Shown here piece after piece: positions 17,538-23,834 of a DNA stretch of 29,074 nucleotides. The stretch lies in the IMG/VR virus record IMGVR_UViG_3300031974_001755; one strand, given 5' to 3'. The DNA is from a virus. Numbering within the stretch: the stretch's first letter is position 1; each line of letters begins with the position of its first letter. The translations under genes and the position numbers were made by a program. The notes beneath the pieces were generated by a model. It did not search any database. It saw only the letters and a program-made list of their open reading frames with translations, and was not told the origin of the DNA.

Positions 17538-17669
17538 TTATTCAGGATTTTGTGTACCCTTTAATTCCCGCACCTCTTTAGCTAATTGATTAACCATAAG
17601 GTAGAGTTTTGTTGTAGCTCTTTCTATCTGCTCAATCTTTTGTGCTTGAGTCCACTTTTTTGTTTTCAT
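17538..17669 (-). CDS. 43-aa helical ORF (MKTKKWTQAQKIEQIERATTKLYLMVNQLAKEVRELKGTQNPE)
   Basis: ATGA overlap with the upstream ORF. All codons verified. Confidence 0.5.
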   Translation of the reverse strand: MKTKKWTQAQKIEQIERATTKLYLMVNQLAKEVRELKGTQNPE

Positions 17670-17800
17670 CGTTTCTTATTTTGGTCAACGTATAACGCTC
17701 TTTTGTTTGTTCTGTGATATTGATAAGTATTCTGCCATTCAGGCATAGGGATAAACTTAATATCCTTATCTATCTCTGCTCTTGTCTTTTTTCGTTTCAT
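17666..17800 (-). CDS. 44-aa basic ORF (MKRKKTRAEIDKDIKFIPMPEWQNTYQYHRTNKRALYVDQNKKR)
   Basis: Its stop overlaps the next ATG (ATGA). All codons verified. Confidence 0.45.
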   Translation of the reverse strand: MKRKKTRAEIDKDIKFIPMPEWQNTYQYHRTNKRALYVDQNKKR

Positions 17801-17903
17801 CTAATTGTTTTTCGTATAGTGCGCAGTCGTTACATTGAAACACGCATCGTGAGTAGCTAAATTCATCATCAAGGCATATAAAGTTATTTTTTTCCATCTT
17901 CAT
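17766..17903 (-). CDS. 45-aa Cys-rich (zinc-ribbon-like) ORF (MKMEKNNFICLDDEFSYSRCVFQCNDCALYEKQLDETKKDKSRDR)
   Basis: Open frame verified. Contains a C-x9-C-x3-C-x2-C pattern. Overlaps the neighbouring ORFs on both sides. Confidence 0.4.
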   Translation of the reverse strand: MKMEKNNFICLDDEFSYSRCVFQCNDCALYEKQLDETKKDKSRDR

Positions 17904-17988
17904 ATCCTTTTAGGTATCCTATAAACCAACAGAAAGCACATAGTACCATTGTTGTTAAGAACCCACTAAAGTCCATATATAGTATCAT
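17884..17988 (-). CDS. 34-aa single-pass membrane peptide (MILYMDFSGFLTTMVLCAFCWFIGYLKGYEDGKK)
   Basis: ATGA overlap with the upstream ORF. Hydrophobic core. All codons verified. Confidence 0.4.
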   Translation of the reverse strand: MILYMDFSGFLTTMVLCAFCWFIGYLKGYEDGKK

Positions 17989-18119
17989 AATCGTTTGTAT
18001 CTAAGGTCAGGTCTATCTTCATTACTAAAGTGTTCTATCATTCTATCACAATACTTTAATATCTTAGGATCATCAGTTGTTGTTTTCCAATGATTGTAAT
18101 AACGTATCATGTGTATCAT
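17985..18119 (-). CDS. 44-aa ORF (MIHMIRYYNHWKTTTDDPKILKYCDRMIEHFSNEDRPDLRYKRL)
   Basis: ATGA overlap with the methyltransferase stop (18119-18121), and ATGA overlap with the next ORF. All codons verified. Confidence 0.45.
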   Translation of the reverse strand: MIHMIRYYNHWKTTTDDPKILKYCDRMIEHFSNEDRPDLRYKRL

Positions 18120-18739
18120 CAGAATAGTCTTTGTTGTTGTTTATGTTGTTCTATTCGCTTCATGGCAGCTTCGTAGTAGTCTTTATCGAGTTCGCACCCT
18201 GTTAGCTCATATCCTAAATTATAACAAGCTATTGCTATTGAGCCACTACCTAAATGAGTATCGAGTATCTTATCGTTTTCTTTTGCGTAATTCATAAGCA
18301 ACCATTCGTAAAGTTGAATGGGTTTCTCTGTTGGGTGTATTCGTGGTGTACCATTGTTAGCGTTTGCACCAACCCAAGATACTTTGTATTTTCTCAAAGC
18401 TCTTTTAAAACTTGTGTATGCAAGTTCGCCATCGCTAAAATCATTTGAACCTGTGCCTTTATCCCAAAACACCCAACCCATGCTTGGGGGTAAATATGTA
18501 GTCATATAATTAGCACCCCAAACTATTTGATTTTTACTAACCCTATACAACTCATTAAAATAATTAGCATCAGGTATATTGCTATCCCAATCTGTTGTAC
18601 CCCTATTTATTTTTTTCTTACCATTCCCAAGTGTCATTTTTGTTACATCAATCCCATAAGGGGGATCAACGATAGCAAGGTCGAAGTAGTTATCCTCATA
18701 CCTTGCCATTAAATCCATACAGTCCTCGTTTGTTATCAT
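18119..18739 (-). CDS. DNA N6-adenine / N4-cytosine methyltransferase, beta class (206 aa)
   Basis: Motif IV IVDPPYGI comes before motif I LDTHLGSGS, and HPTEKP is present. This is the N6_N4_Mtase family architecture. The target base and target sequence cannot be told from the sequence. Confidence 0.85.
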   Translation of the reverse strand: MITNEDCMDLMARYEDNYFDLAIVDPPYGIDVTKMTLGNGKKKINRGTTDWDSNIPDANYFNELYRVSKNQIVWGANYMTTYLPPSMGWVFWDKGTGSNDFSDGELAYTSFKRALRKYKVSWVGANANNGTPRIHPTEKPIQLYEWLLMNYAKENDKILDTHLGSGSIAIACYNLGYELTGCELDKDYYEAAMKRIEQHKQQQRLF

Positions 18740-19209
18740 TCTACTGTAATTGCGTTTGCATCGTATATGGTCGCTTGTTGGTTTCTCGGTTGTATATTAA
18801 ACCCTACTAACATAGCTTCTAAGCGTATTTTAACATCGTTTCTGCGTTCCTCAGGTACTTGGTCTATGAGTGAGTACAAAGGGTTCTCTATACGCTTCTC
18901 AATCATCTCTATTGGCTCGTCCTTTATATTGTAAAATATGTTATACACTTTGTCAAAGTCTGTCTTAAATTCTTTATCGTGTTTGTAGTAATGGGTAAAC
19001 CGATCTAAGTGATAGAGAACAGTTGCATGGTTTTGCTTAAACGATTCTGAGATATGCCTTTTGATCACTTCCTGCTCACGCATTATTCTATAAGCCATCA
19101 TCCTACCCTTTACTACTTTGTGCTTACGATTGTTCTCAGTTATATCTATACCTAAGTGTTCTTTGATGATCTTCTCTAATCGTGTCTTGATATCTTTTGT
19201 GTATGTCAT
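18736..19209 (-). CDS. DnaA domain IV-like helix-turn-helix (HTH) DNA-binding protein (157 aa)
   Basis: RKHKVVKGRMMAYRIMREQEVIKRHISESFKQNHATVLYHLDRF matches the DnaA C-terminal pattern (R..a.aRqiAMYL.r......IG..fg.rdHsTVlha). Confidence 0.5.
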   Translation of the reverse strand: MTYTKDIKTRLEKIIKEHLGIDITENNRKHKVVKGRMMAYRIMREQEVIKRHISESFKQNHATVLYHLDRFTHYYKHDKEFKTDFDKVYNIFYNIKDEPIEMIEKRIENPLYSLIDQVPEERRNDVKIRLEAMLVGFNIQPRNQQATIYDANAITVE

Positions 19210-20045
19210 CTAATCGTGCTTAATTTATTTTTAACAAATTGATTGTAGTATGTAACTACGTTATCCTTTGTGGTGTTTAAGTATGGCGGCATAGTTCTAT
19301 TGAGATACAGAGCAAACTTAACCAACTCTTTAAACATCTTATCTACATTGTTTGTTTTACGAATTACCTTATTAATGATAACTGCTAAAGCGCACTTAGT
19401 CAACTTATGTGTCATTTTATCCCATTCAATGTGTTTGTTAATCTCATCTGTGTAGGACGATTGCAATAGATAATACAACCTCAATCGTGTTGATGAGTTG
19501 CTTTGTATTTTTGCGTTCCCTGTTCTAAAAGAATCATTTAATGATTGAGTAAATAGCATCCTGATAGATGCGTGTGAGAATACACCATTGACACCCATAG
19601 CTTCATCAAGTTGCTTAGGTGTTTCAGGGATGTTGTATATCTTATTCCAAACAAACGTATAGAAGTTATCATTATCAAAAGGGTTCACACTTCGCTTAGT
19701 GGCGTGAAATCTTATATAATCCTGTATCTGTAATGGCTTTCGTATATTGTTAAGTGATAGAAAAACATCCTCAGGTTTTACCTTTGTATCGTTTGGCACT
19801 ACAACAGCGTGTATCTCTTGCTCAGGCATCTTCTCAATTACAGAGCTTAACCTTTGGTATCCATCCTCTACCGAGTATAACCCTTTGCGTATTTCGTATA
19901 ATGTTACTGCTGTTAAAAACCCATTCGCTTTGATTGAGTTGTTTAAGTTGCTTATGTGATGTTTCTCTTTCCATCTTTGATGTAGGGGGATCGTTATTTG
20001 ATTTTTTAAATCCCCTGCTTTGAATGTTCTTATTTCCGTTCTCAT
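19206..20045 (-). CDS. ParB/Srx-superfamily (ParB N-terminal nuclease-like) domain protein (279 aa)
   Basis: ISNLNNSIKANGFLTAVTLYEIRKGLYSVEDGYQRLSSV fits the ParB-N / DUF262-type DGxxR(L) core. Confidence 0.5.
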   Translation of the reverse strand: MRTEIRTFKAGDLKNQITIPLHQRWKEKHHISNLNNSIKANGFLTAVTLYEIRKGLYSVEDGYQRLSSVIEKMPEQEIHAVVVPNDTKVKPEDVFLSLNNIRKPLQIQDYIRFHATKRSVNPFDNDNFYTFVWNKIYNIPETPKQLDEAMGVNGVFSHASIRMLFTQSLNDSFRTGNAKIQSNSSTRLRLYYLLQSSYTDEINKHIEWDKMTHKLTKCALAVIINKVIRKTNNVDKMFKELVKFALYLNRTMPPYLNTTKDNVVTYYNQFVKNKLSTIR

Positions 20046-20046
20046 G

Positions 20047-20823
20047 TTATAATGTTCCTGTTAAACAATAATTATCTAAATCTGCGCCATGTATAAAAAA
20101 GGTTTCAAAAACTTCTATGGCTTCATGTGTTTTTCTTTTACCCTCATTGTAAAACTCTTCTGATACATCGTATATCGCTATGTCAAGAGTTCCCTTGTCC
20201 ATTACACCAAACTTAAAGTCTGTGTAAGGTACGTTAAATAATTCACAATAAATATACACTTGTATATCGTATCCGTACTTTCGAGCTGAATGGCGAAAAC
20301 CATTTTTAACATCAGTTGTGGTCTTTAGGTCAACGATTTTGTTTTTACCTAATACATCTGCTTTTGCTCTAAAGGGATAACCACCTATCATACCACAGGC
20401 AGGTACTTCAAACTCGCTGTTGTCTAATAGTCTTAATGCCTGTTCGTTTCTTAGGAACGCATCAGCTAACCTTTCAGCATCTCGTTTCTCTTTCATCGTA
20501 AATACTTTACCATGCTCTGCTAATGCTTCCTTATACTTCTTTGTGTTCTTGCTTTGCACATCTACAAAGATTTGGTCGTTAAATACTGAGGATTCGAGGA
20601 TGGCAGTATGAAACAACCACCCATCACGCAGGGCTTGACTATCAGGCGAACCATAGTCTGTAACAAACTTATACTTCTTTGGGCTTTGGTGTAGCATCTT
20701 GATTGATGATGAGCTTAATGCTGCCTTAGCCATATACCCATAGTAAAACTCATCTTCTCTTAATAAATCTATGAGGGTGTCTTTCTTAAAGCGTTCCCCA
20801 TTTAGTAGTGTTATCTCACTCAT
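20047..20823 (-). CDS. PD-(D/E)XK exonuclease, RecE/DUF3799-like (258 aa)
   Basis: GWLFHTAILE, then RAKADVLGKNKIVDLKTTTD (D...DLK core) and YDIQVYIY (the Q/Y motif of RecB-family nucleases). Confidence 0.55.
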   Translation of the reverse strand: MSEITLLNGERFKKDTLIDLLREDEFYYGYMAKAALSSSSIKMLHQSPKKYKFVTDYGSPDSQALRDGWLFHTAILESSVFNDQIFVDVQSKNTKKYKEALAEHGKVFTMKEKRDAERLADAFLRNEQALRLLDNSEFEVPACGMIGGYPFRAKADVLGKNKIVDLKTTTDVKNGFRHSARKYGYDIQVYIYCELFNVPYTDFKFGVMDKGTLDIAIYDVSEEFYNEGKRKTHEAIEVFETFFIHGADLDNYCLTGTL

Positions 20824-20942
20824 CTTTGGTCTGCTTCAAAACAAGTTCCACTACAATATAATTCGCTTTCTCGTATGGGTGTACCACACATTGAGCATTG
20901 GTTTGACTCTTCGTTATACTTTAGCCAATCGCTATATTCCAT
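20820..20942 (-). CDS. 40-aa zinc-ribbon ORF (MEYSDWLKYNEESNQCSMCGTPIRESELYCSGTCFEADQR)
   Basis: CxxC-x10-CxxxC pattern. Its stop overlaps the exonuclease ATG (ATGA). All codons verified. Confidence 0.5.
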   Translation of the reverse strand: MEYSDWLKYNEESNQCSMCGTPIRESELYCSGTCFEADQR

Positions 20943-21213
20943 ATTTATTCTCTTTTAAATTCTCTAACTCTTTCTCTACTCGTCTTGCACGTTCCACAGC
21001 TCTGATAACTGATTGACGTTCCTCTCGTAAGATACGCTTAAAGCTATATCGTTCTAACTCTAATTGATTGATATAGAACACGAGTCGTAATGCTGCTTCT
21101 GATATCTTTTGCAGTTCCTCATTGTCTGATTTCTTTTGCCACTTGCTGATGGTTTCTAAAATCTCAGCAGAGTCAATCATATATTGCAACTGACCAAAAT
21201 CCATATCAAACAT
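20932..21213 (-). CDS. Hypothetical coiled-coil protein (93 aa)
   Basis: ORF with an ATG start and a helical, charged sequence. No recognisable family. Confidence 0.55.
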   Translation of the reverse strand: MFDMDFGQLQYMIDSAEILETISKWQKKSDNEELQKISEAALRLVFYINQLELERYSFKRILREERQSVIRAVERARRVEKELENLKENKYGI

Positions 21214-21257
21214 ATAATCATTCCTACAAATCCTATCTGTGCGTAGTCTATCTTCAT
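21177..21257 (-). CDS. Possible 26-aa hydrophobic peptide (MKIDYAQIGFVGMIICLIWILVSCNI)
   Basis: ATGA overlap with the upstream stop (21254-21257). However, it overlaps the 93-aa ORF by 37 nt. Weak call. Confidence 0.2.
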   Translation of the reverse strand: MKIDYAQIGFVGMIICLIWILVSCNI

Positions 21258-21394
21258 AATCCTAAAAACTTTTTGGCTTTAGACCACCACACATTCTGAG
21301 TGTAGTATAAGTTAAACTCTGTCTGAGTCATTACTTCTATCCTTTCGCCTTTGTTGACGATGTATAATCCTGTGGGTGTTATTTTAAAAACCAT
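21254..21394 (-). CDS. Hypothetical protein, 46 aa if it starts at the internal ATG (MVFKITPTGLYIVNKGERIEV...). The track gives 21254..21448.
   Basis: The longer version would overlap the better-supported 44-aa membrane ORF by 70 nt. The ATG at 21394 reduces the overlap to 16 nt. Confidence 0.4.
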   Translation of the reverse strand: MVFKITPTGLYIVNKGERIEVMTQTEFNLYYTQNVWWSKAKKFLGL

Positions 21395-21513
21395 GCTCTT
21401 AGAATATAAGTTAACAATAAGATATCTAAAATCGCAATCCAAAAGCATAGAGTAATCAATGCGATGTACATTGTACCCTCTATGTCATTAAAGTAGTTGA
21501 ATAATTTTCTCAT
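21379..21513 (-). CDS. 44-aa membrane peptide (MRKLFNYFNDIEGTMYIALITLCFWIAILDILLLTYILRAWFLK)
   Basis: First ORF downstream of the predicted promoter at 21534-21563. Has a clear transmembrane (TM) helix. All codons verified. Confidence 0.45.
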   Translation of the reverse strand: MRKLFNYFNDIEGTMYIALITLCFWIAILDILLLTYILRAWFLK

Positions 21514-21533
21514 ATAATCGTTTTAATGTTATA

Positions 21534-21563
21534 CAAATATAATAAAAAAATGTTAATAAACAA
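21534..21563 (-). promoter_or_regulatory. Bacteroidota-type promoter candidate: TTG - 19 nt - TATATTTG (matches the -33/-7 consensus TTTG / TAnnTTTG)
   Basis: Minus strand cTTGtttattaacatttttttatTATATTTG. The box ends 20 nt before the ATG at 21513. It lies in one of the few intergenic gaps. Confidence 0.5.
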
Positions 21564-21567
21564 GTTT

Positions 21568-21708
21568 TTACTTTTTTCTATACTGAACAGCACACACAGC
21601 AAGTCTTTGGTCTGTGTTAGGATACTCTTTTATCATTGTAGGATTACCCATACAACGAGCCATAAAGTCCTTTCTGTCCTCTCGTGGTTTTGGTGTTGGT
21701 AATGGCAT
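21568..21708 (-). CDS. 46-aa conserved small phage protein (MPLPTPKPREDRKDFMARCMGNPTMIKEYPNTDQRLAVCAVQYRKK)
   Basis: I recognise the DFMxRCM...(E/D)(Y/F)P(D/N)xxQRxAVC pattern as a recurrent small phage protein or domain. It starts 3 nt after the C5-MTase stop. All codons verified. Confidence 0.6.
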   Translation of the reverse strand: MPLPTPKPREDRKDFMARCMGNPTMIKEYPNTDQRLAVCAVQYRKK

Positions 21709-21710
21709 AA

Positions 21711-22373
21711 TTAACTATTTAAAATTTCTATACATAATTCGTGAGGTATCTTACTTCTCTCATAATTGTTTCTTAGCCCCTGAGTTCCTTTACCTAAAGC
21801 ACCTGCTGCTTTTTTAGCTGCGTATCCTCTTGGTTGTTTATCGTGATGGCATTTTTCGTTACCATTAAAACATTCAGGTCTTGGATTCCATCCTTTAGAG
21901 TTAAGTAAGCTATAAAGATTGTTAGTCCATATATCAGTTGGTTTTGCTCGTGTATCGCCATACTTACAATACCATACAGTCGTGCGTGGCAAACCCATCA
22001 TAAACTTTTGTTTTCTTAATAGTCCTCTTGGGTTTTCTATATAAAAAATCAAACGTGGATTCAAATTACAATAGTGTTCTATTATAGATAAAGTTTCTTT
22101 TACCATATTATCACTCTTTATTGCAAAATCAGATAATGGTTTATTGTGTGGTCTATGATGAGATATAGCTGCTATGCTATAAGTAGTACAGGGGGGCGAA
22201 GCCCATATAATATCAGGCGTGAATGGTACTTTGTTAATATCAAACTCTAAAATATCTACTGCATAGTCTATACCCTCAAACTCGTTTATATCACTACTGA
22301 ACACATTGTAGCCCAAAGATTCTGCTGCTTTGCCTACTGATCTACTACCTGCAAACAATTCTAAGACATTCAT
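21711..22373 (-). CDS. Compact DNA (cytosine-5) methyltransferase (220 aa)
   Basis: Motif I ELFAGSRSVG, motif IV ASPPCTTYS (catalytic Cys), motif VI-like IENPRG and a C-terminal RSKIPHELCIEIL. Short for the family, so the target-recognition region is minimal. Confidence 0.7.
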   Translation of the reverse strand: MNVLELFAGSRSVGKAAESLGYNVFSSDINEFEGIDYAVDILEFDINKVPFTPDIIWASPPCTTYSIAAISHHRPHNKPLSDFAIKSDNMVKETLSIIEHYCNLNPRLIFYIENPRGLLRKQKFMMGLPRTTVWYCKYGDTRAKPTDIWTNNLYSLLNSKGWNPRPECFNGNEKCHHDKQPRGYAAKKAAGALGKGTQGLRNNYERSKIPHELCIEILNS

Positions 22374-23008
22374 ATATTTAAATGCATTATTGTATTTATC
22401 TTGTTTATCGTTTCCTGCTTATCTACAATTCCGTTATCATCGTAGTAAACATAAACGTAGGGGGCATACTTACGTGCGTAGTTATCGTTCTTTTCTTTGT
22501 GGTTTGCCTTCGCTCTGTTTTGGTAAGCTGTATTCATCATCTTGTATGAGATAGGTTTGATTTGTATCCCTAAGACAATGTATTCGTCTTTTATTATCTC
22601 AGCATCTATGCAATAGGTGTGGTCTTTCTCAAAGTCTGTTTTAACTATATCTATGTTTGTAAACTCTGCTTTGAGTTCGTCTATTATGCTAAGCTCTTGT
22701 TGGTATCCGTTCCAAGTCTGTCCTATCACACGATAGAAAACATATTGCTTTACCTGCTCTAATGGTATCCACTGATTCTTTAGGTGTATTCTTTGGCTTA
22801 CATAAGATAGTTGTTTGTACCCTACTGAGCATTTATACGAGTGTTCCCAATCCTTATGCGTTTTGCTTTCGTGGTATTTATGAAAGTCGCTTATGAGCTT
22901 CATGCACTTACCTACATACTTAGTCTGAAAAAAATGATTGACACTCTTGTCTTTGTTTAGCTTTCGGTACAGCTCATCGCTTAATGGTTGCTTATACTTA
23001 TAAGGCAT
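22370..23008 (-). CDS. Hypothetical protein with a possible PD-(D/E)XK-like core (212 aa)
   Basis: HTYCIDAEIIKDEYIVLGIQIKP gives a D-x14-Q-x-K arrangement on predicted beta strands. Translationally coupled (ATGA) to the C5 methyltransferase. The fold assignment is tentative. Confidence 0.3.
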   Translation of the reverse strand: MPYKYKQPLSDELYRKLNKDKSVNHFFQTKYVGKCMKLISDFHKYHESKTHKDWEHSYKCSVGYKQLSYVSQRIHLKNQWIPLEQVKQYVFYRVIGQTWNGYQQELSIIDELKAEFTNIDIVKTDFEKDHTYCIDAEIIKDEYIVLGIQIKPISYKMMNTAYQNRAKANHKEKNDNYARKYAPYVYVYYDDNGIVDKQETINKINTIMHLNI

Positions 23009-23207
23009 ATATTTTGTTTATTTGGTATATCCATTCCTTAATACGCTTAGGCGAACAGGTACAAGGTTCGTGGTACTTATGAGCATATAGGTCAGCGTGT
23101 AATTCGCATATCAGCTTGTAATGCTTCTCGGTCATATTACCACTTAAAAGCTCAGCATAGGGCTTCCACCTTTGTCTTTGCTCATCGGTCATTTGTCCTT
23201 TTGGCAT
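22998..23207 (-). CDS. Hypothetical Cys/His-containing protein (69 aa)
   Basis: ORF with an ATG start. Contains HADLYAHKYHEPCTCSPKR. No family recognised. Confidence 0.55.
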   Translation of the reverse strand: MPKGQMTDEQRQRWKPYAELLSGNMTEKHYKLICELHADLYAHKYHEPCTCSPKRIKEWIYQINKIYAL

Positions 23208-23208
23208 C

Positions 23209-23268
23209 CTAAAATTTTATGTTATTCCATTTGTTTCTGCGCTCATCGCATCCACAATCTCTACCCAT
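23209..23268 (-). CDS. Possible 19-aa leader ORF (MGRDCGCDERRNKWNNIKF)
   Basis: Starts 22 nt after motif copy 6. Its TAG stop lies 1 nt before the ATG at 23207. It could be a leader peptide or a chance ORF. Confidence 0.2.
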   Translation of the reverse strand: MGRDCGCDERRNKWNNIKF

Positions 23269-23290
23269 AAGTTTGGATATCTTCTTTACT

Positions 23291-23301
23291 ATATAACGTA
23301 T
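23291..23301 (-). promoter_or_regulatory. Conserved motif copy 6: TACGTTATATA (minus strand), in the 129-nt gap downstream of the sigma-factor gene
   Basis: Plus strand reads tatataacgta. It is 22 nt upstream of the 19-aa ORF and 83 nt upstream of the ATG at 23207. Confidence 0.55.
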
Positions 23302-23336
23302 TCCTGTGTATTTTGTGAAGTAAAATACTAAATCCC

Positions 23337-23834
23337 CTAATCCCATTCTATATTATTTTTGATTAAATCCTTAACTCTTTTGTATGTAAAGTACAGAGAA
23401 TAATAAGATATGTTTGTCTTACGTGCCAACTCTGCAATAGGCATACCATCACTAATTATCTCAAACACAGTACGATCATACCAAAAGGTTTTGTCAAGCA
23501 GATTATCCATTTGTTGCATAGCACCACAAACATCTATCTGTTTTGATTCCCCCTGCTCATCTATATAGTCAGCAAGATTCTCAATGTTAGTTTTTATGAT
23601 TTTTTTCTCTTTTCGGTGCAGATCTATAAACAAAGCCCTAAGAGTTCGGTAGATGTACATGTGGTTAATATCATCTTCAAACGATATATCTACACCCTTT
23701 GTAATGTAAGTGTGAATACGAATGTACATCTCTTGTACTATATCTTCTGCTATTGATTCTTTGCAGCCAAACGATAACACGATTCTGTGCCAATCATCGT
23801 GCTTCTCTGCAATCTTCTCAAGTGTTGTTTTCAA
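23337..23834 (-). CDS. Sigma-70 family (ECF-like, regions 2 and 4 only) RNA polymerase sigma factor (165 aa)
   Basis: Region 2: SIAEDIVQEMYIRIH...YIYRTLRALFIDLHRKEKK. Region 4 HTH: DRTVFEIISDGMPIAELARKTNISYYSLYFTYKRVKDLIK. The start codon at 23834 is TTG and overlaps the helicase stop (TTGA). Confidence 0.65.
   Translation of the reverse strand: MKTTLEKIAEKHDDWHRIVLSFGCKESIAEDIVQEMYIRIHTYITKGVDISFEDDINHMYIYRTLRALFIDLHRKEKKIIKTNIENLADYIDEQGESKQIDVCGAMQQMDNLLDKTFWYDRTVFEIISDGMPIAELARKTNISYYSLYFTYKRVKDLIKNNIEWD

Noticed and set aside
17690-18107. Partial copies of the conserved motif: GCGTTATACGTTGACC on the minus strand at about 17685-17700, and ATACGTTATTAC at 18097-18107
   Set aside because: Both lack the full TACGTTATA core or its context. 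Both fall inside small-ORF coding sequence rather than in intergenic gaps, so I do not count them as motif instances.
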